This document shows, piece after piece, positions 12,564 through 25,299 of a stretch of 64,000 nt of DNA (position 1 is the stretch's first letter; every line of letters starts with the position of its first letter). The translations under genes were made by a program, and so were the position numbers. The DNA is taken from positions 40,984,001-41,048,000 of the forward strand of contig NC_058368.1 in assembly GCF_018350175.1 (NCBI RefSeq). The letters are read 5' to 3'. The DNA is from Felis catus. Its lineage: Eukaryota. The notes under the pieces are model-generated. The model saw only the letters and a program-made list of their open reading frames with translations, did not search any database and was not told the DNA's origin.

Positions 12564-12705
12564 TGTTAAAGTTTCCTAAAGAATTTGCAAATGCTTTTCC
12601 ACGTATCAAATCTAAAAAAGGAATTGAGTCTGAAAATTCCAATTTAAAACTTTTGCCAAAGTTCCTTAGAATAAGTTGATATAAAATATTAGATATTTCG
12701 GATTC
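12564..12705 (-). pseudogene. Candidate exon, 142 nt, phase 0-1: ESEISNILYQLILRNFGKSFKLEFSDSIPFLDLIRGKAFANSLGNFN
   Basis: Acceptor ttttacacatttcattttcag, donor ACA|gtaatt; fully open. Confidence 0.6.
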
Positions 12706-12933
12706 CTGAAAATGAAATGTGTAAAACTGATAAAAAGTGCTAATATACAACATAGAAAAAAGTGTAACCCCCTAAAAACAATTACAAAATGATCTCTGGG
12801 CGTTTCAGATCAGTAAATTTTATTTAATGATATACAGATATTTGAGTTATATCTGCATAAATTAGTAGGATTGAACTAGTGAAAGGGCTTAATAAAAATT
12901 TGGTGTTTACTGCTTTGTTCAAAATACATCAGA

Positions 12934-13118
12934 GGGGGGTCTGGGTGGCTCAGTCAATTAAGCATCTTAATCTTGATCTCGGCTGAGGTCATGATCTCAC
13001 AGTTCATGAGTTCGAGCCCCACATCGGCTCAGCACTGACAGGTTGCTTGGAATTCTGTGTCCCCCGCCCATGGCCTGTTCTCTCTTTCTCTTTCAAAATA
13101 AATAATTAAACTTAAAAA
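12934..13118 (+). mobile_element. Older CAN-SINE
   Basis: Head and tail match; degenerate TSD aaaatacatcaga/aaaatgcaccaga. Confidence 0.88.
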
Positions 13119-13479
13119 AAATGCACCAGAAATTTACTGAAATTCAGTATATGTGAGACACTACTAGGAACTGTGATGGCAAAGGCAAATATGATATATT
13201 AATAATTTCTATCCATAAGAAGTTGATAACTTATTAAGGAAAGCAAGGGATTTGCAGATTATTAGATTCTGAAGCCTAATATGATGATGACATTTAAGAT
13301 AACCAAAAATAAATCATAATAAAAATGTAAAGATGGGTGTTAGACTTTAGATCGAGAGAACTCAGGAAACATGTTACACATAGTGTTTAAGAAGTCAGAC
13401 TGCCATCAAATTGGAGGGTGGGGCTGACCTCTATCAGGGATAGTCGCATAGTTAGTTGCCTTAGAGAACCACAGAAAAG

Positions 13480-13684
13480 TTTTTATTTTTCTTTTTTTTT
13501 GAGATAGAGAAAGCAAAAATATGAGCAGGGAAGGGACAGAAGGAGATAGAGAGAGAGAATCTTAAGCAGGCTTAACGCTCAACATGGAGCCCCACATGGG
13601 GCATGATCTCACCACCATGAGATCATGACCTGAGCCAAAATCAACAGTCTGACATTTAACTGACTGAGCCACCCAGGAGCCCCC
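13480..13684 (-). mobile_element. Older CAN-SINE
   Basis: …catgacctgagccaaaatcaa…actgagccacccaggagcccc. Confidence 0.88.
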
Positions 13685-13889
13685 CAAAATTTTGATTTCT
13701 AATAAAAGTAGAAGAAAAATGGACTCATATCAAAGAAAAAATGTTATTATGTAATATCAACATATTTATCTTTATGTTAAGGCAGTCATGAAAAATAATT
13801 TATATTTTTTTATGGAGGGAGGGTCTTACAAAGACAAAAGTGCCTGTATCCCATGAAAGCCATAATGTGGCCCTGCTGGCAAGATTCTT

Positions 13890-14067
13890 GTCCTAGATCC
13901 AACTTTTACTAGTTGTAGAATGTTAGCCTCTCCACACTTCAGTCTTTTTACTAATAAAATAGTGAAAATAATGGTACCCACCTTATAAGTGTATTATGAT
14001 GAGGAAATGAATGACTAAAGTCCTAGAACAGTATCTGGAACGTAGCAAGTACAATATAAATGTTAGA
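13890..14067 (+). mobile_element. MIR fragment
   Basis: Core …aataatggtacccaccttataag…agaacagtatctggaacgtagcaagtacaatataaatgttag. Confidence 0.6.
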
Positions 14068-14548
14068 TAGAGTAATGCCATTTTAATCAACTCTGAAGAT
14101 TGAATGAAACTGATAGGATAGAAGTCATTAATAGTTGGGAGACTAGTAATTTTGACAGGTGAGCAATGGTATTAGTTGTATATAAAGGGACAATGAGATA
14201 AATCTGGCATTTGAATATGTAGGAATCTAGACTCATGGTTGGAAAGCTGACTGTACTGTAGACATTATAGAGTATGGCAATACAGAGCCGCTGGATCATG
14301 TGAAAAGCTAATTAGCTGGAGTATGCATGAAGATTTGAAATTGAAAGGCCAGATTCAAGGGGAAAAGGAGAATAATACAACTGAATAGGAATAATGGAGG
14401 AACAGCGGAGAAAGATTAAATCTGAGAAACTGCTTGAAAGATTGACCTTGATGCTAAAAAGAAGAATCAAGTTGAATTTTTTATAGTAACGACTACTTTC
14501 TGAAGGAAATTTAACTTGCTTCCTAATTAAATAAAAGTTGGAGCTTAC

Positions 14549-14750
14549 CAAGAGACATTTGCAGATTTTTTTTTTTCTAAACTAGGAACCTGTATTTGTC
14601 AACTTTATAACTTAATTGGGCTGTGAGGCTGACAAATTGATTTTTCTTGCTCCTAATTTATTTAATTCAGTTTTCACAATTAGGCAAGCAATTAATCAAT
14701 GGTGGAGTCATTAAGATTCATTGCATTGAAACGGTGCCCTGACAATCATT
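14549..14750 (-). pseudogene. Candidate exon, 202 nt, phase 2-0, several stops, ends …FRKKKICKCLL
   Basis: Acceptor agttcttatttag, donor TTG|gtaagc; phases fit both neighbours but the stop density is near random. Confidence 0.35.
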
Positions 14751-14856
14751 CTAAATAAGAACTATGCGATTTATTAGAAGGCAGATGTCTTAGAAGATCC
14801 TAACCATACTATACTTAAGATACTTATAAGTGTGATATTGGATATTATAACTTCAC

Positions 14857-14923
14857 CTAAAATTGTGAGAAGAAATTGAACTGAAGACTTTAAGTTTTGT
14901 TTTGGTTTGTCTTATAGTCTTAC
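14857..14923 (-). pseudogene. Candidate exon, 67 nt, phase 1-2: (G)KTIRQTKTKLKVFSSISSHNF
   Basis: Acceptor attatttatttctag, donor TAG|gtgaag; open. Confidence 0.4.
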
Positions 14924-15598
14924 CTAGAAATAAATAATATTTACCAATGAGTTATTAAGTCAACACATGAAACAGAATGTTGATACATAGTGATAGTATA
15001 AAAAATAGTTGTCTGATCCATTAATACTTTATTTATTTCCTACAATATGAAAGAATACAGTTTCTAGCCAGTTAATATGTAAGTTTAGGGTATTAAGCTT
15101 TTAGATATGAGAAATATGAACCCCTTTTTATGGCATATTATATACAAACTGTATTTTACATTGGAAAAGTCATTGAACTGAGATCCATAAATTGAAATCC
15201 AGTGAATTCTGCTGTATAGATGCTATGTGTAGTTGAGGAAAACTTCATCACGCTATAGTTTATTACCTATGACTAATGTTAATTTAAAATAAGATAATGT
15301 AACATGAAAACACTGTAAATTATTAACTAATATAAAATTCAAAAAATTTGTTAAAGTAATTTAGCCTTTTTTAGTATTATTTTGCACCAGTAACGGTTCT
15401 AGACAAAAATACATTTTGTGTATCTGTAACGGTTTTGACCATCATTTGTAGTGATACAACTTAGATAATAAATAGATGACATAGGTAGATAGGTGATAGA
15501 TAGATTAGATAGATTATGCCCCAAATTTTGAGATAATATCTTATTTTCTTTAGTTTCCAATGAATGGATTCTTCCTATCTGTGTTTCAGTTAACATAC

Positions 15599-16612
15599 CC
15601 TAAAGCCTAAAAAACTTAATCATCTTTATTCTAAGAGTTGCTCTGTTTGAGTGCCTCGAGTCTCTATAGGTCCATTTCTGTTTTGTTGTCAAGCTGGATC
15701 TCTTTCATTGCCACTGCCCATTTTCCTGGATCATTCGCTTTCATTTACTTTGGAGGCACTCCTAAGTCTTCTGTAGTTTTCTGTGAATCTTCAGACATTG
15801 TACTTATACTGCTTATCTGAAGATATCCCCTAACAGCTACAATTCATTACTATTAAATCTGAACCTGCCTTGTCAATATGTCCACGGGTTACAAAGAGCT
15901 TGCTCATAAAACTTATTCAAAAATTCTGACATATAAATACTTCTCAAAGACTTGTAATTGGATCACACTTATAACTAAATAGAAGTTGAACCTAAAGCTT
16001 TTCCCTCCCTGTGCTAGTATGATTAAACACATCCTCACTGCTGCAATCCAGAATAACTTTCTGTATCTTTCATTGTCAGCTTAGTGCTTTATTGTCTCTG
16101 CCCAAGTTGACCAGCAGGTTGAAACCCTGTACATGCTAACGATGCTGTAATGCCTCAGTGGCTTTTGTGCCTTTTCATGCAGAAACTCAGAGATCTAGGG
16201 ACGCCAGGTTGGCTCAGTCGGTTGAGTGTCCGACTTCGGCTCAGGTCATGATCTCAGAATTTGTGAGTTCGAACCCCATATGGGGCTCTGTGCTGACAGC
16301 TCAGAGCCTGAAGCCTGCTTCAGATTCTGTGTCTCTCCATCTCTCGGCCTCTCCCCTGCTCATGCTCTGTTTCTCTCTGTCTCTCAATAATAAATAAACG
16401 TTAAAAAAAATTTAAAAAAAAAGAAACTCAGATCTACTGCTCTTCTAAACAGGGGCAGCAAGCACACTTATGGATGATATCAAGTCCCATTTGCTATTTC
16501 TTAAGTGCCATGAAATACTACTCTCACTTATGAAAGCCACTATTCTTTCTGGCATAAATGGAATAACTTCCAGTTTCAGTTTTCTTCTCACTTTGAAATT
16601 CACCGATATCAC
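15599..16612 (-). pseudogene. Large candidate exon (about 770 nt without the SINE), interrupted by a SINE, multiple stops and frameshifts
   Basis: Acceptor aacatttcacag, donor AGG|gtatgt; 55 open codons from the acceptor (VISVNFKVRRKLKLEVIPFMPERIVAFISESSISW…). Confidence 0.4.
16198..16421 (+). mobile_element. CAN-SINE inserted in a candidate exon
   Basis: TSD agaaactcag(ag)atcta at 16181-16197 and 16422-16436. Confidence 0.95.
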
Positions 16613-17112
16613 CTGTGAAATGTTTTTCTTTTGTTCAGTTTTATTTTAATTATACGAATACTGTGCTCAGGTATTTTGATTTGTTTGGTCTAGGGTGAGT
16701 TATTTATATCTACAAATTTAAAAGCTAAATTATAGTAGAATCTAATGCACTTCAAGTGGTGGGGAACGATTTTCCTGGAGTTTCTATTCAATGAGAAAAT
16801 GTTCACTGAATGAGACCCCTAATCTCTAGAGTTATTAAACAGTCATGCATTGTTGATTTTAGATTATCTTATTGGGGCCAAAGTGGACAGATAAGGATAT
16901 GGCTTGGCAGGTGTATCGATATGTAGTGCTGTGTCTAAAGATCTCTCTACCTTAGGAACTGGAGGGCATGTACTATGTTTAGAGTTGGCATCATAGTTCA
17001 ACCCTAACTTAAATAACTCAATTTCAAGCATCCCCAAAGTTTACCCTTATGCTTTCTTAGGGAGCTACAAAGAATTTCCACTTCCTACTATGATGGACTA
17101 ACAGGTACCAGA

Positions 17113-17670
17113 TGTTGAGAGAAAATTCTTCATAAATCTCTCACATATTTCTATACATATAGGCAGTAAAAGGCCATGTGTTGCAGGGCTATCTTTTCAA
17201 GAATATTTGTATAAGCACATAACTCTGGAAAGACAGAGACACAGACTCCCTTTGAAACAAATTTATTTACATTTTCTGATAGTGAAGATGACATTCTTTT
17301 CCTGGAAGACATTCCAAAATGATAAAAATGAGACTCCTCTCTCTAGAGAGGTAGGATTCCATTGGAAGATAATAAAGGTAATGTCTGTATAGTGGGGAGG
17401 ATGGGTGTGCTTTCAAGTAATTTCTAAGTAAATTTCTTAACCTTGGGGTTCCAGCATTTGTTTCTTATTGGCTGTGGTAATTGGGGTTCAGGAACCCTTA
17501 CCAGAATGTTATTTTATCTGCTGCTTTTTTACTATTAGTAGTAAATGGTTTTTGTCACTGGCTCAGACATCTGATGTCTCCCTGACAGTGTCTGTGAAAC
17601 TGTGGTAGGTTAACTTATTACTTTGCAAGAAAGATGAAATCCCACACTCTTTTCCAGTCCTTACTTGATA
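17113..17670 (+). mobile_element. ERV1 solo LTR (MER67-like)
   Basis: tgttgagagaaaattcttcat…ctatcttttcaagaatatttgtata…gaaactgtggtaggttaacttatta. Confidence 0.65.
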
Positions 17671-17849
17671 ATTTAACATCAAATTTACCCTTCCATTTGA
17701 AACAAATAAATAAGCAAAAAGGGACCAATACATTTTCACAAAATGGAAAAAGTTGTGCCTAAGATAGTGGACATCAGGCAATGAAGTATACAGTGATATC
17801 TGAAAAAGGGAGAACAAATTAGGTAAGCCTTATAATTGCTTCATTTTAT

Positions 17850-18960
17850 TGCTTTGTAATATTTCCAAGTCACGGTACAGGAAGCAGTAGCCAGACAGAA
17901 CCTGTGTTGAGGAAACAAAACTGAGAAAATGGTCTCTAAGAACACCAAGGTAGCTAGAGTTCCTAGTACAGATTACTAAGGAGAAAGCTGAACAGAAAGC
18001 GAATTCCAGAAATGGGTAGAAGATTCTTCTCAAGTATTCAGCAGAGCACCAACCAGAACATGATGATGAGTAAACTACCTGAAGCTAGAGGGTCAGGGTG
18101 GAAAAGGGATTTCATCTGAAAGGATTCAAGAAAAGTACCCAGTTCTCACAGAGGGTCAGGGTGCTACCTGTTCTGACCAGACAGACTGGAAAAACTCATA
18201 ATGTCTGAGAAACTCATATCAGAATCACGACATTCTTAATTAATACTGGGAAATAACTGGCCCTACGTTAAGCCCTTCTGTGGATTTTCGTAATAATTTT
18301 GTTTTAAAAACGAACAAAATGAAGCATACTCTTTCCAAGTAACTGCATCTTATAACAAAGATCATTGAATAGCTTCGTGAAAATAAACTTATTGAGTACA
18401 CAGCAAAGTAAAATTCACAATGCCTGGCATCCAGTCAAATATTATTAGGCATAGAAAGCATATCCAAGAACACATAATGAAGAGAATAATCAATCAATTA
18501 TAACCAACCCAGAAGGGACATAATTATTGGAATTAGCCCATAAGGATGTTAAAACATTTTTAAACTGTATTCTAGATGTTAAGAAAATAGAGGCATGAAA
18601 AATATAAAAAATGCCCAATCAAATGTTAAGGATTAAAACTATAATGTCTGAGATGAAAACATACCAGATAGGATGAACTGCAGATTAGACTTTGCAGAAG
18701 AAAAGACTAGTGAACTTGAAGTCATAGCAATAGACCTATCCAAAATAAAATGGAGAGAAAGAAAAAAACACATGAAGAATGAAAACCTGAAAAGAACTGT
18801 AGAACAACTTGGAGAGGTTTCATGCACAGGTAACCAGAGTTCCTAAAGGGAAGAGGGACAGAAAAAAAATCTAAGTAAAAAAGGATGAACATTTTCTGAA
18901 TTTGATGCAAACTACAAACCTACATGTCTAAGAAACTCAATTAAACCTAAGCATGAGAGA
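17850..18960 (+). mobile_element. Old L1M 5'/ORF1 remnant
   Basis: gcagattagactttgcagaagaaaagactagtgaacttgaag and related ORF1 motifs. Confidence 0.6.
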
Positions 18961-20439
18961 TTTTGAGGATATGGGAAGGCCATAATCTCTCAGAGTCTTT
19001 GTATGAGATAGGCTTTGGGGATATGCAGGCAATCTGGGCTATCTTTACTAAACTTTAACCATAACTTAGTCATAAGATTGACTGAACCATACACCGGAAA
19101 ATGTGTGAAATTCTACAGGCATTATTTTGTTTAATTATGAAGGCAATGCTTTTAGATTCCTATAATACTTACTTTCCATTTCACTTATAAGGAAAGTAAG
19201 GTTGTAAAATTTAAGTAATTTGCCTAAGATTGTATTATCTCTTGTCTGAGACCAAACACTAATTGTGGTCTAAAGAAAACATCATAATATTGACAAGTTT
19301 TATATTTCCATTTCAGATTTTCTTAAAATAAAATTTAAAAAGTTGTATCTCATTAGTAAAAAGATAAATGGAAAGTGCTTTCAATAAGCAGATTAAGTAA
19401 ACGAAATCATCATAATGAGGTGTTTGCAGTATGGAAAGTGATGATAGTGACATTGTTAACTTTGATTAGTGTTTTGAAATGGCATAATGTGCAAACTTCT
19501 TTCTAAGAAAGCTTCAGAGTTCAGACAATTAAAACTGAGAGAAGTCAATGGACTTACTCAGGGTTACCTAATCAATTTAGTTTGGGGGCTGATATTAGAT
19601 CTCTAGTCTTCTGATTTGAAATGGGGACTAATCATTTTAAGAATATATTTAAAGATGACTCTGATAAAAAAATGAGTAAAATTGGTGTTTCTTAAAGAAT
19701 ACACCATGACTGAAATAATAAAATTGAATTAAGGAGAATGTTAAAATGTAAAGTTCACTTTCAAAGCTAGATTACAATTGTTGAAAGAGAATAAATGTGT
19801 GTGTCTAATTCTAAAATTAGAAAAAGAAAACAACTCAAAAGTAAGCATAAGTAATTTCCAATTCTTGCTGTTTTGTCTGTACCCCAAAAAAATTTTTAAA
19901 GACATTTTAGGGCAGTGAAATATAAAACTTATTTTAAATATTGTCCATTACATTAGAACTGGAAAAGAAATTTTTCAGTGAGCATGATGCTTGACTGTGA
20001 AATCTGCTAGGATGGACCTTCCAGAAATTATAGCCATACCGTGGCTTTGCCAATCACAATAAGGGAACACTGTGGAAACACAATGTGAGAGAATTGCTGA
20101 CAGCAGAGTCAATAACCATAAGGGGACATGATTTAAACACCACATGGGAGAATAATTCATGGCAGTACCACAACAATATTAAAAATCCTTACAAATATCA
20201 ACTGGTATCTATATGTGTCCAAGTAGCTAATTGCATTCTATTTGAGTAACTACTGCTGGCTGCATCATGACCACAGGAAAAGCTTGAGCTATCCAGGTCT
20301 GGTAAATATCAACACGACTATCAGAGTCTCCTTAGAGAATCACTTATTTTGTTTGAGTTTTCTACCAATTTCCCCAATAGGATTATATAAAAAGCTATGG
20401 TTGGGCTCATTATTACAGAAAAAATAGATATTATAAATG

Positions 20440-20440
20440 G

Positions 20441-20473
<33 letters not shown>

Positions 20474-20526
20474 ATATATCTATTATTATATATATATCTA
20501 TATATTATTATTTCTATTTAAATATA

Positions 20527-20574
<48 letters not shown>

Positions 20575-20610
20575 CATATACCCGTACACATGTATATATA
20601 ATATATATGG
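20440..20610. repeat. Compound (TG)n/(TA)n microsatellite
   Basis: Direct reading. Confidence 0.9.
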
Positions 20611-21361
20611 TGCATATTATCTATTAATCGTATTTTAAAATTTTGTCCCAGTACTATTATTAATACAATGCCCTCCTTCTCCTACGATTTATGTGTGAGT
20701 TTTGGGTGGTAACTTTAGTACAAAATGCCAGAAAAATGCAATGTGCATGTATATTTAAGGCATTAAACTTGAGTACAGTGAAATGAAATGTATAGCCACA
20801 GAATCTCCAGACGTGTATGGTCTGGTTTCAAATCCTGTCTTTGGAACACATGAAGTGTTTTATTCATTAAACAAAATAATGCCAATTAAGTACCTAAAAT
20901 ATGTAAGCACATGATAAATGTTAGCTTTTATATCATTATCACTTTTACAACACAACAACTGGGTAACATAAGCTCAGGAAAAATTGTCATTCCATTGATA
21001 TAGCAAACTAGCATACTACCTTGTGGCAAATTGGTATGTGGTACGGGTTGATAGAAACAGATGAACATAATAAATAGTCACAGAATTTAATCATTTTACT
21101 TGTTGTCCTATGTTATATTGAAGAATGTTATTATTCTGGTCTTTCAAGAGAAATGATTGACCAAATTATTCTTAAGTATGTGAACTTTAAGATTGATTTG
21201 ATGAGGAATGGTTATAATAACCAGTAGTCAGAACTTCAGGGGGTCACAGTGATATACCACTGCCTAAGACATAGATTTGTGGAGGTAAATACCACCACTC
21301 TGATAATGTGCCTACTTATTAAAAGGATAATTCTATGTATGATTATAAAAAGTTCCCAGAC

Positions 21362-21598
21362 GGGGCGCCTGGGTGGCGCAGTCGGTTAAGCGTCCGACTT
21401 CAGCCAGGTCACGATCTCGCGGTCCGTGAGTTCGAGCCCCGCGTCAGGCTCTGGGCTGATGGCTCAGAGCCTGGAGCCTGTTTCCGATTCTGTGTCTCCC
21501 TCTCTCTCTGCCCCTCCCCCGTTCATGCTCTGTCTCTCTCTGTCCCAAAAATAAAAATAAAAACGTTGAAAAAAATTAAAAATAAAATAAAATAAAAT
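21362..21598 (+). mobile_element. Young feline SINEC_Fc
   Basis: Near-consensus; TSD aaaaagttcccaga. Confidence 0.97.
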
Positions 21599-22789
21599 AA
21601 AAAGTTCCCAGAACTCAGTAGGATAAGTGATAAGCCAATGGACCTAGAGCACATGCGTGAAGATCTACTAGGAAGTAGGTCCATTTGTTGCTGCAATAGT
21701 AGCGATGGTAGGCTACTTGTTTTGGTCTAAATATTGCTATATATGTGAGGATATTAAAGCAAAGATTTAGGAAAGTGTTGCGAAAGAAACACCCATCAGA
21801 AGCTCAGTTTTCCTCTATCCTAGTGAAAAGAGTAGCTAGAATCTGCAGATATTTTATCTGTCCAATCATTTTGATGCTGACAAAGGCTTGTAGATTTTGA
21901 AATAACAATAAATGTGGGAAAGAAAAAAGTTACACAAGTTGTTCATTACTGCTATCTGTAGTGAAGAGTCGGTAAGCCTCTTAGATGCTCGGTTTTCCAC
22001 ACCTGTGCAATGGAATGATCCCAAATTGTTACTGATTTGCAGCAGCTGCTACAAATCACTACTGCCAGGAGACAAATTTGTTGTCGGGAAGGAAAGCTTC
22101 TGCCAAACTTCCTGTCTAAAGAAAAATATTAGGTGATTTTTACAGTTACCTACGCTACTAAATTGAGACAGAAAAATCTGCTTTCTGATTTTCACTATTA
22201 TAGTTTAGAATATTTTTAATCTTCAGGACTTCCATGAGTGAGTTGTATTCTATAGATTATTTGTCAACTTCAAAAATGTACAAGTTTTTGGATTGTACAA
22301 CTCCGTTTGTAAGAGGTTTGTAATTGTTCGTAATAACATATATCCACAAGCTGATTTTTTTTTGTTTTTCTTTCTCCCTTCTCTTCCACAAGCATATATA
22401 ATTTAGAGTTCAATTTAATATCAAATTTATTTATTTTTATTTCAAAACACGTTAAATGCTTTAAAATCAGTGATTTACATGGATACATGATGAATAGAGT
22501 AGACCTCTAAACACTGAAGGACTCTTCAATATGGTAGAAAGAATACTTGATGTGCTAACAGAGCATGTGGGTTCAAGATTTGTTTCTGCTCTTTGATAGC
22601 ATTTTCAAAACCAAATCCCTTAAAATCTGTTCTTCAAGTGTACTATTAACAACTTCAGGAAAATACATGTCTTAACTACATTGAAAAACTATAGGTTCTG
22701 TGAAACAATAAAGTAACAGAAAAAAGATCATTATGTTTTTCATATGGCAGAATTCATAGAAATTTGGATAAATAATTTAATTTTTTAAA

Positions 22790-23008
22790 TTTATTATTTT
22801 TTAACTTTATTTGAGAGAGAGAGAGAGATATAGAGCATGTGCATGCATGCAAGCATGCCTGGAGAGGGGCAGAGAGAGAGAGAGAGTCTTAAACAGGCTT
22901 CATGCTCAATGCAGTCTGACACGGGACTTGATCTCACGACTGTGAGATGATGAACTGAACCAAACTAAAGAGTCGGATGTTCAACCGACTGACTCACCCA
23001 GGTGCCCC
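22790..23008 (-). mobile_element. Older CAN-SINE
   Basis: …caaccgactgactcacccaggtgcccc head on the minus strand. Confidence 0.85.
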
Positions 23009-23009
23009 T

Positions 23010-23460
23010 GACTTCATTTCCTTCTACTCTTCCCCTTAATGTCTGCAATCCAGCCCCTAGAGCCTTTTTGCTGTTCTTGTAATACATTTGATTGGAACTC
23101 ACCTGTGGGTCTCAGCTCTTGCTATTTTCTCCACCTGGAACATTTCCCCCTCAAATGTCTTTACAAATAACCTCTCACCTCCTTAAAATCTTTGCTCAAA
23201 TGATACCTTTTCAGTTGAGCCAACCCAGCAATCTTTTAAGGTCTGCAATTTATCTAACACCCCTCGCATATATTTCATTTACTTTTATTTTTATTTTATT
23301 AAAGAGAACTTTTAATCTCCAACATATAACACTTACATATTATATTTTTAATACATGTAGTTTATTGCCTGCCATGCATGTCAGGCAGTTTAATTAGGAC
23401 ATAGATCTTAGTCGGTTTTGTTCATTGAAGGAGTCCAAATGATTATTGATTCATTTAACA
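23010..23460 (+). mobile_element. L2 3' fragment
   Basis: cttgctattttctccacctggaacatttcccc…tttgctcaaatgataccttttcag. Confidence 0.55.
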
Positions 23461-23894
23461 AATGAGGTAATTAAAAGACAATATTTTTATTTTTAGCATA
23501 TTATTTTTGATTGATTGATGAATATTTCTCACAGCCATTTTTATTTAGTTTTGGAAAGGCACAAACACTATCTCAATAAGGTATAGATTTTTGTCTGTAT
23601 AGATTGATGGTACTTGTAAGCAATGCAGATGTCTGGACCTCATTTAGTCCTATCAATTCTCTGAGAATTGAGCCTTGAAATCTACATTTTAACCAATTTT
23701 CCAGGTAATACATTTCACATCAAATTTTGAGACTCAAAGAATTAATGTGATAACTTTGATACAAATGTTTACGTCACAAAAAGTACGTTTTAAAATACAA
23801 CCTGGGATGTGGCATAGTACATAGAATGTTCACCAAGAGACGTCATATTCTTGGCCATAAAATAAAATTCACATTTACAAAGAATGAAATCTTT

Positions 23895-24143
23895 TTTTTT
23901 AGTGATACATGCATTCCTATGTTTATAGCAGTATTATTTCCCATTTTTTAATGTTTATTCATTTTCCATTTTTTTAATGTTATTCATTTGAGAGAGAGAC
24001 AGAGACAGAGACCAAGCGGGCAGAGGAGGCGCAGAGAGGGAGGGATCACAGAATCGGAAGCAGGCTCCAGGCTCTGAGCTGTCAGCACACAGCCAGATGT
24101 GGTGCTCAAACTCATGAACCACGAGATCATGCCCCGAGTCCCT
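23895..24143 (-). mobile_element. 5'-truncated CAN-SINE with duplicated tail and about 40 nt of 3'-transduced L1 sequence
   Basis: TSD agaatgaaatcttt at 23881-23894 and 24144-24157 encloses the whole composite. Confidence 0.8.
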
Positions 24144-24303
24144 AGAATGAAATCTTTAAAATGTAATCTGATCGTAACATGACAAAATGAGAAGTAAATA
24201 ATAGAATATCTGGAAATCCTCACATTTTTAGAAATTAAAAAATACCTTTTAAATAACCCAAAGGCCAAAAAGAAATTACGAGAGTAATTAGAAAAATATT
24301 CCA

Positions 24304-24520
24304 GGGGCACCTGAGGGGCACAGATTGTTAAGCGTCTGACTCTTAGTTTCCATTCAGGTCATGATCTCATGGTTTCATGAGTTCAAGCCCCGTGTTGGGT
24401 TCTGCACTGGCAGCATGGAGACCGCTTGGGATTCTCCCTTTCTATCTCTGCCCTTTCCCCACTCATGCTGTCTCTGTGTCTTCCAAAATTAATAAATAAA
24501 CTTTAAAAAATTTAAAAAAT
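24304..24520 (+). mobile_element. CAN-SINE
   Basis: Head and tail match; degenerate TSD gaaaaatattcca/ggaaaacattcca. Confidence 0.9.
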
Positions 24521-25251
24521 GGAAAACATTCCAAAGTAACAATGAAAGCATAACACATTAAAATTTGTGAGACATAGCTAAATCAATGTCAAGAAAAGAG
24601 GTATAGCCTCAAATGCCTATGTTAGAAAAGAAGAAAAGATTAAAGGTAATGATCTAAACCTAAGGAGCTACATTTTGTAAGTGCAATTGCCCTCTAAGTA
24701 AATGGCAGAAATGTTTAAATAAAGATAAAAGCTAAAACAAATGAAATAGAAAATTATGAACAGAGAAATTAACTGCCAAAATTGTTTCTTCATAAATATT
24801 ACTGAGTTGATAAACTGCTTACAACACTGATAAAAAAATATTAGAGAAAATCCAAATTACCATTTAACAGAATTTGAAAAGATATCACCCAGATTGCAGG
24901 GATGTTAAAAAGATAATAAAGAAATAATATGAATAGATTTATACTAATCTTTTTGACAACTTACACGAAAGGGACATTTAAAAAAAACTTGTCAAAGCAG
25001 ACACAAAAACAAAAAGAATTTCTAAAAGCTAAAATCTATTAAGAAAATTTAATTTTTATTCCAAACCTATTTAAAAAAAGAACTTCACGCTCTGGTAGTT
25101 AAACTAGTCAATCGTTCAAATATTCAACGAAAAAAATCAGTCTTCCACAAATTCCTTTAGAATGCAGAGAGGAAGGCATTTCATAGAATATCCACAATAT
25201 CAAAACATGAGAAATTAATTACAGGAAATAGGAAATTGCACACTAGTATTC

Positions 25252-25254
<3 letters not shown>

Positions 25255-25286
<32 letters not shown>

Positions 25287-25299
25287 TTCATTTATTTTT
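25255..25299 (-). repeat. (TTTA)n tract flanked by a 15-bp direct repeat (tail-only retroposon)
   Basis: acactagtattctta at 25240-25254 and 25300-25314. Confidence 0.85.

Noticed and set aside
14915..14940. tttctag|gtaaga looks like a recursive splice site
   Set aside because: Surrounding introns are short, and it is explained equally well as the start of a 67-nt open exon
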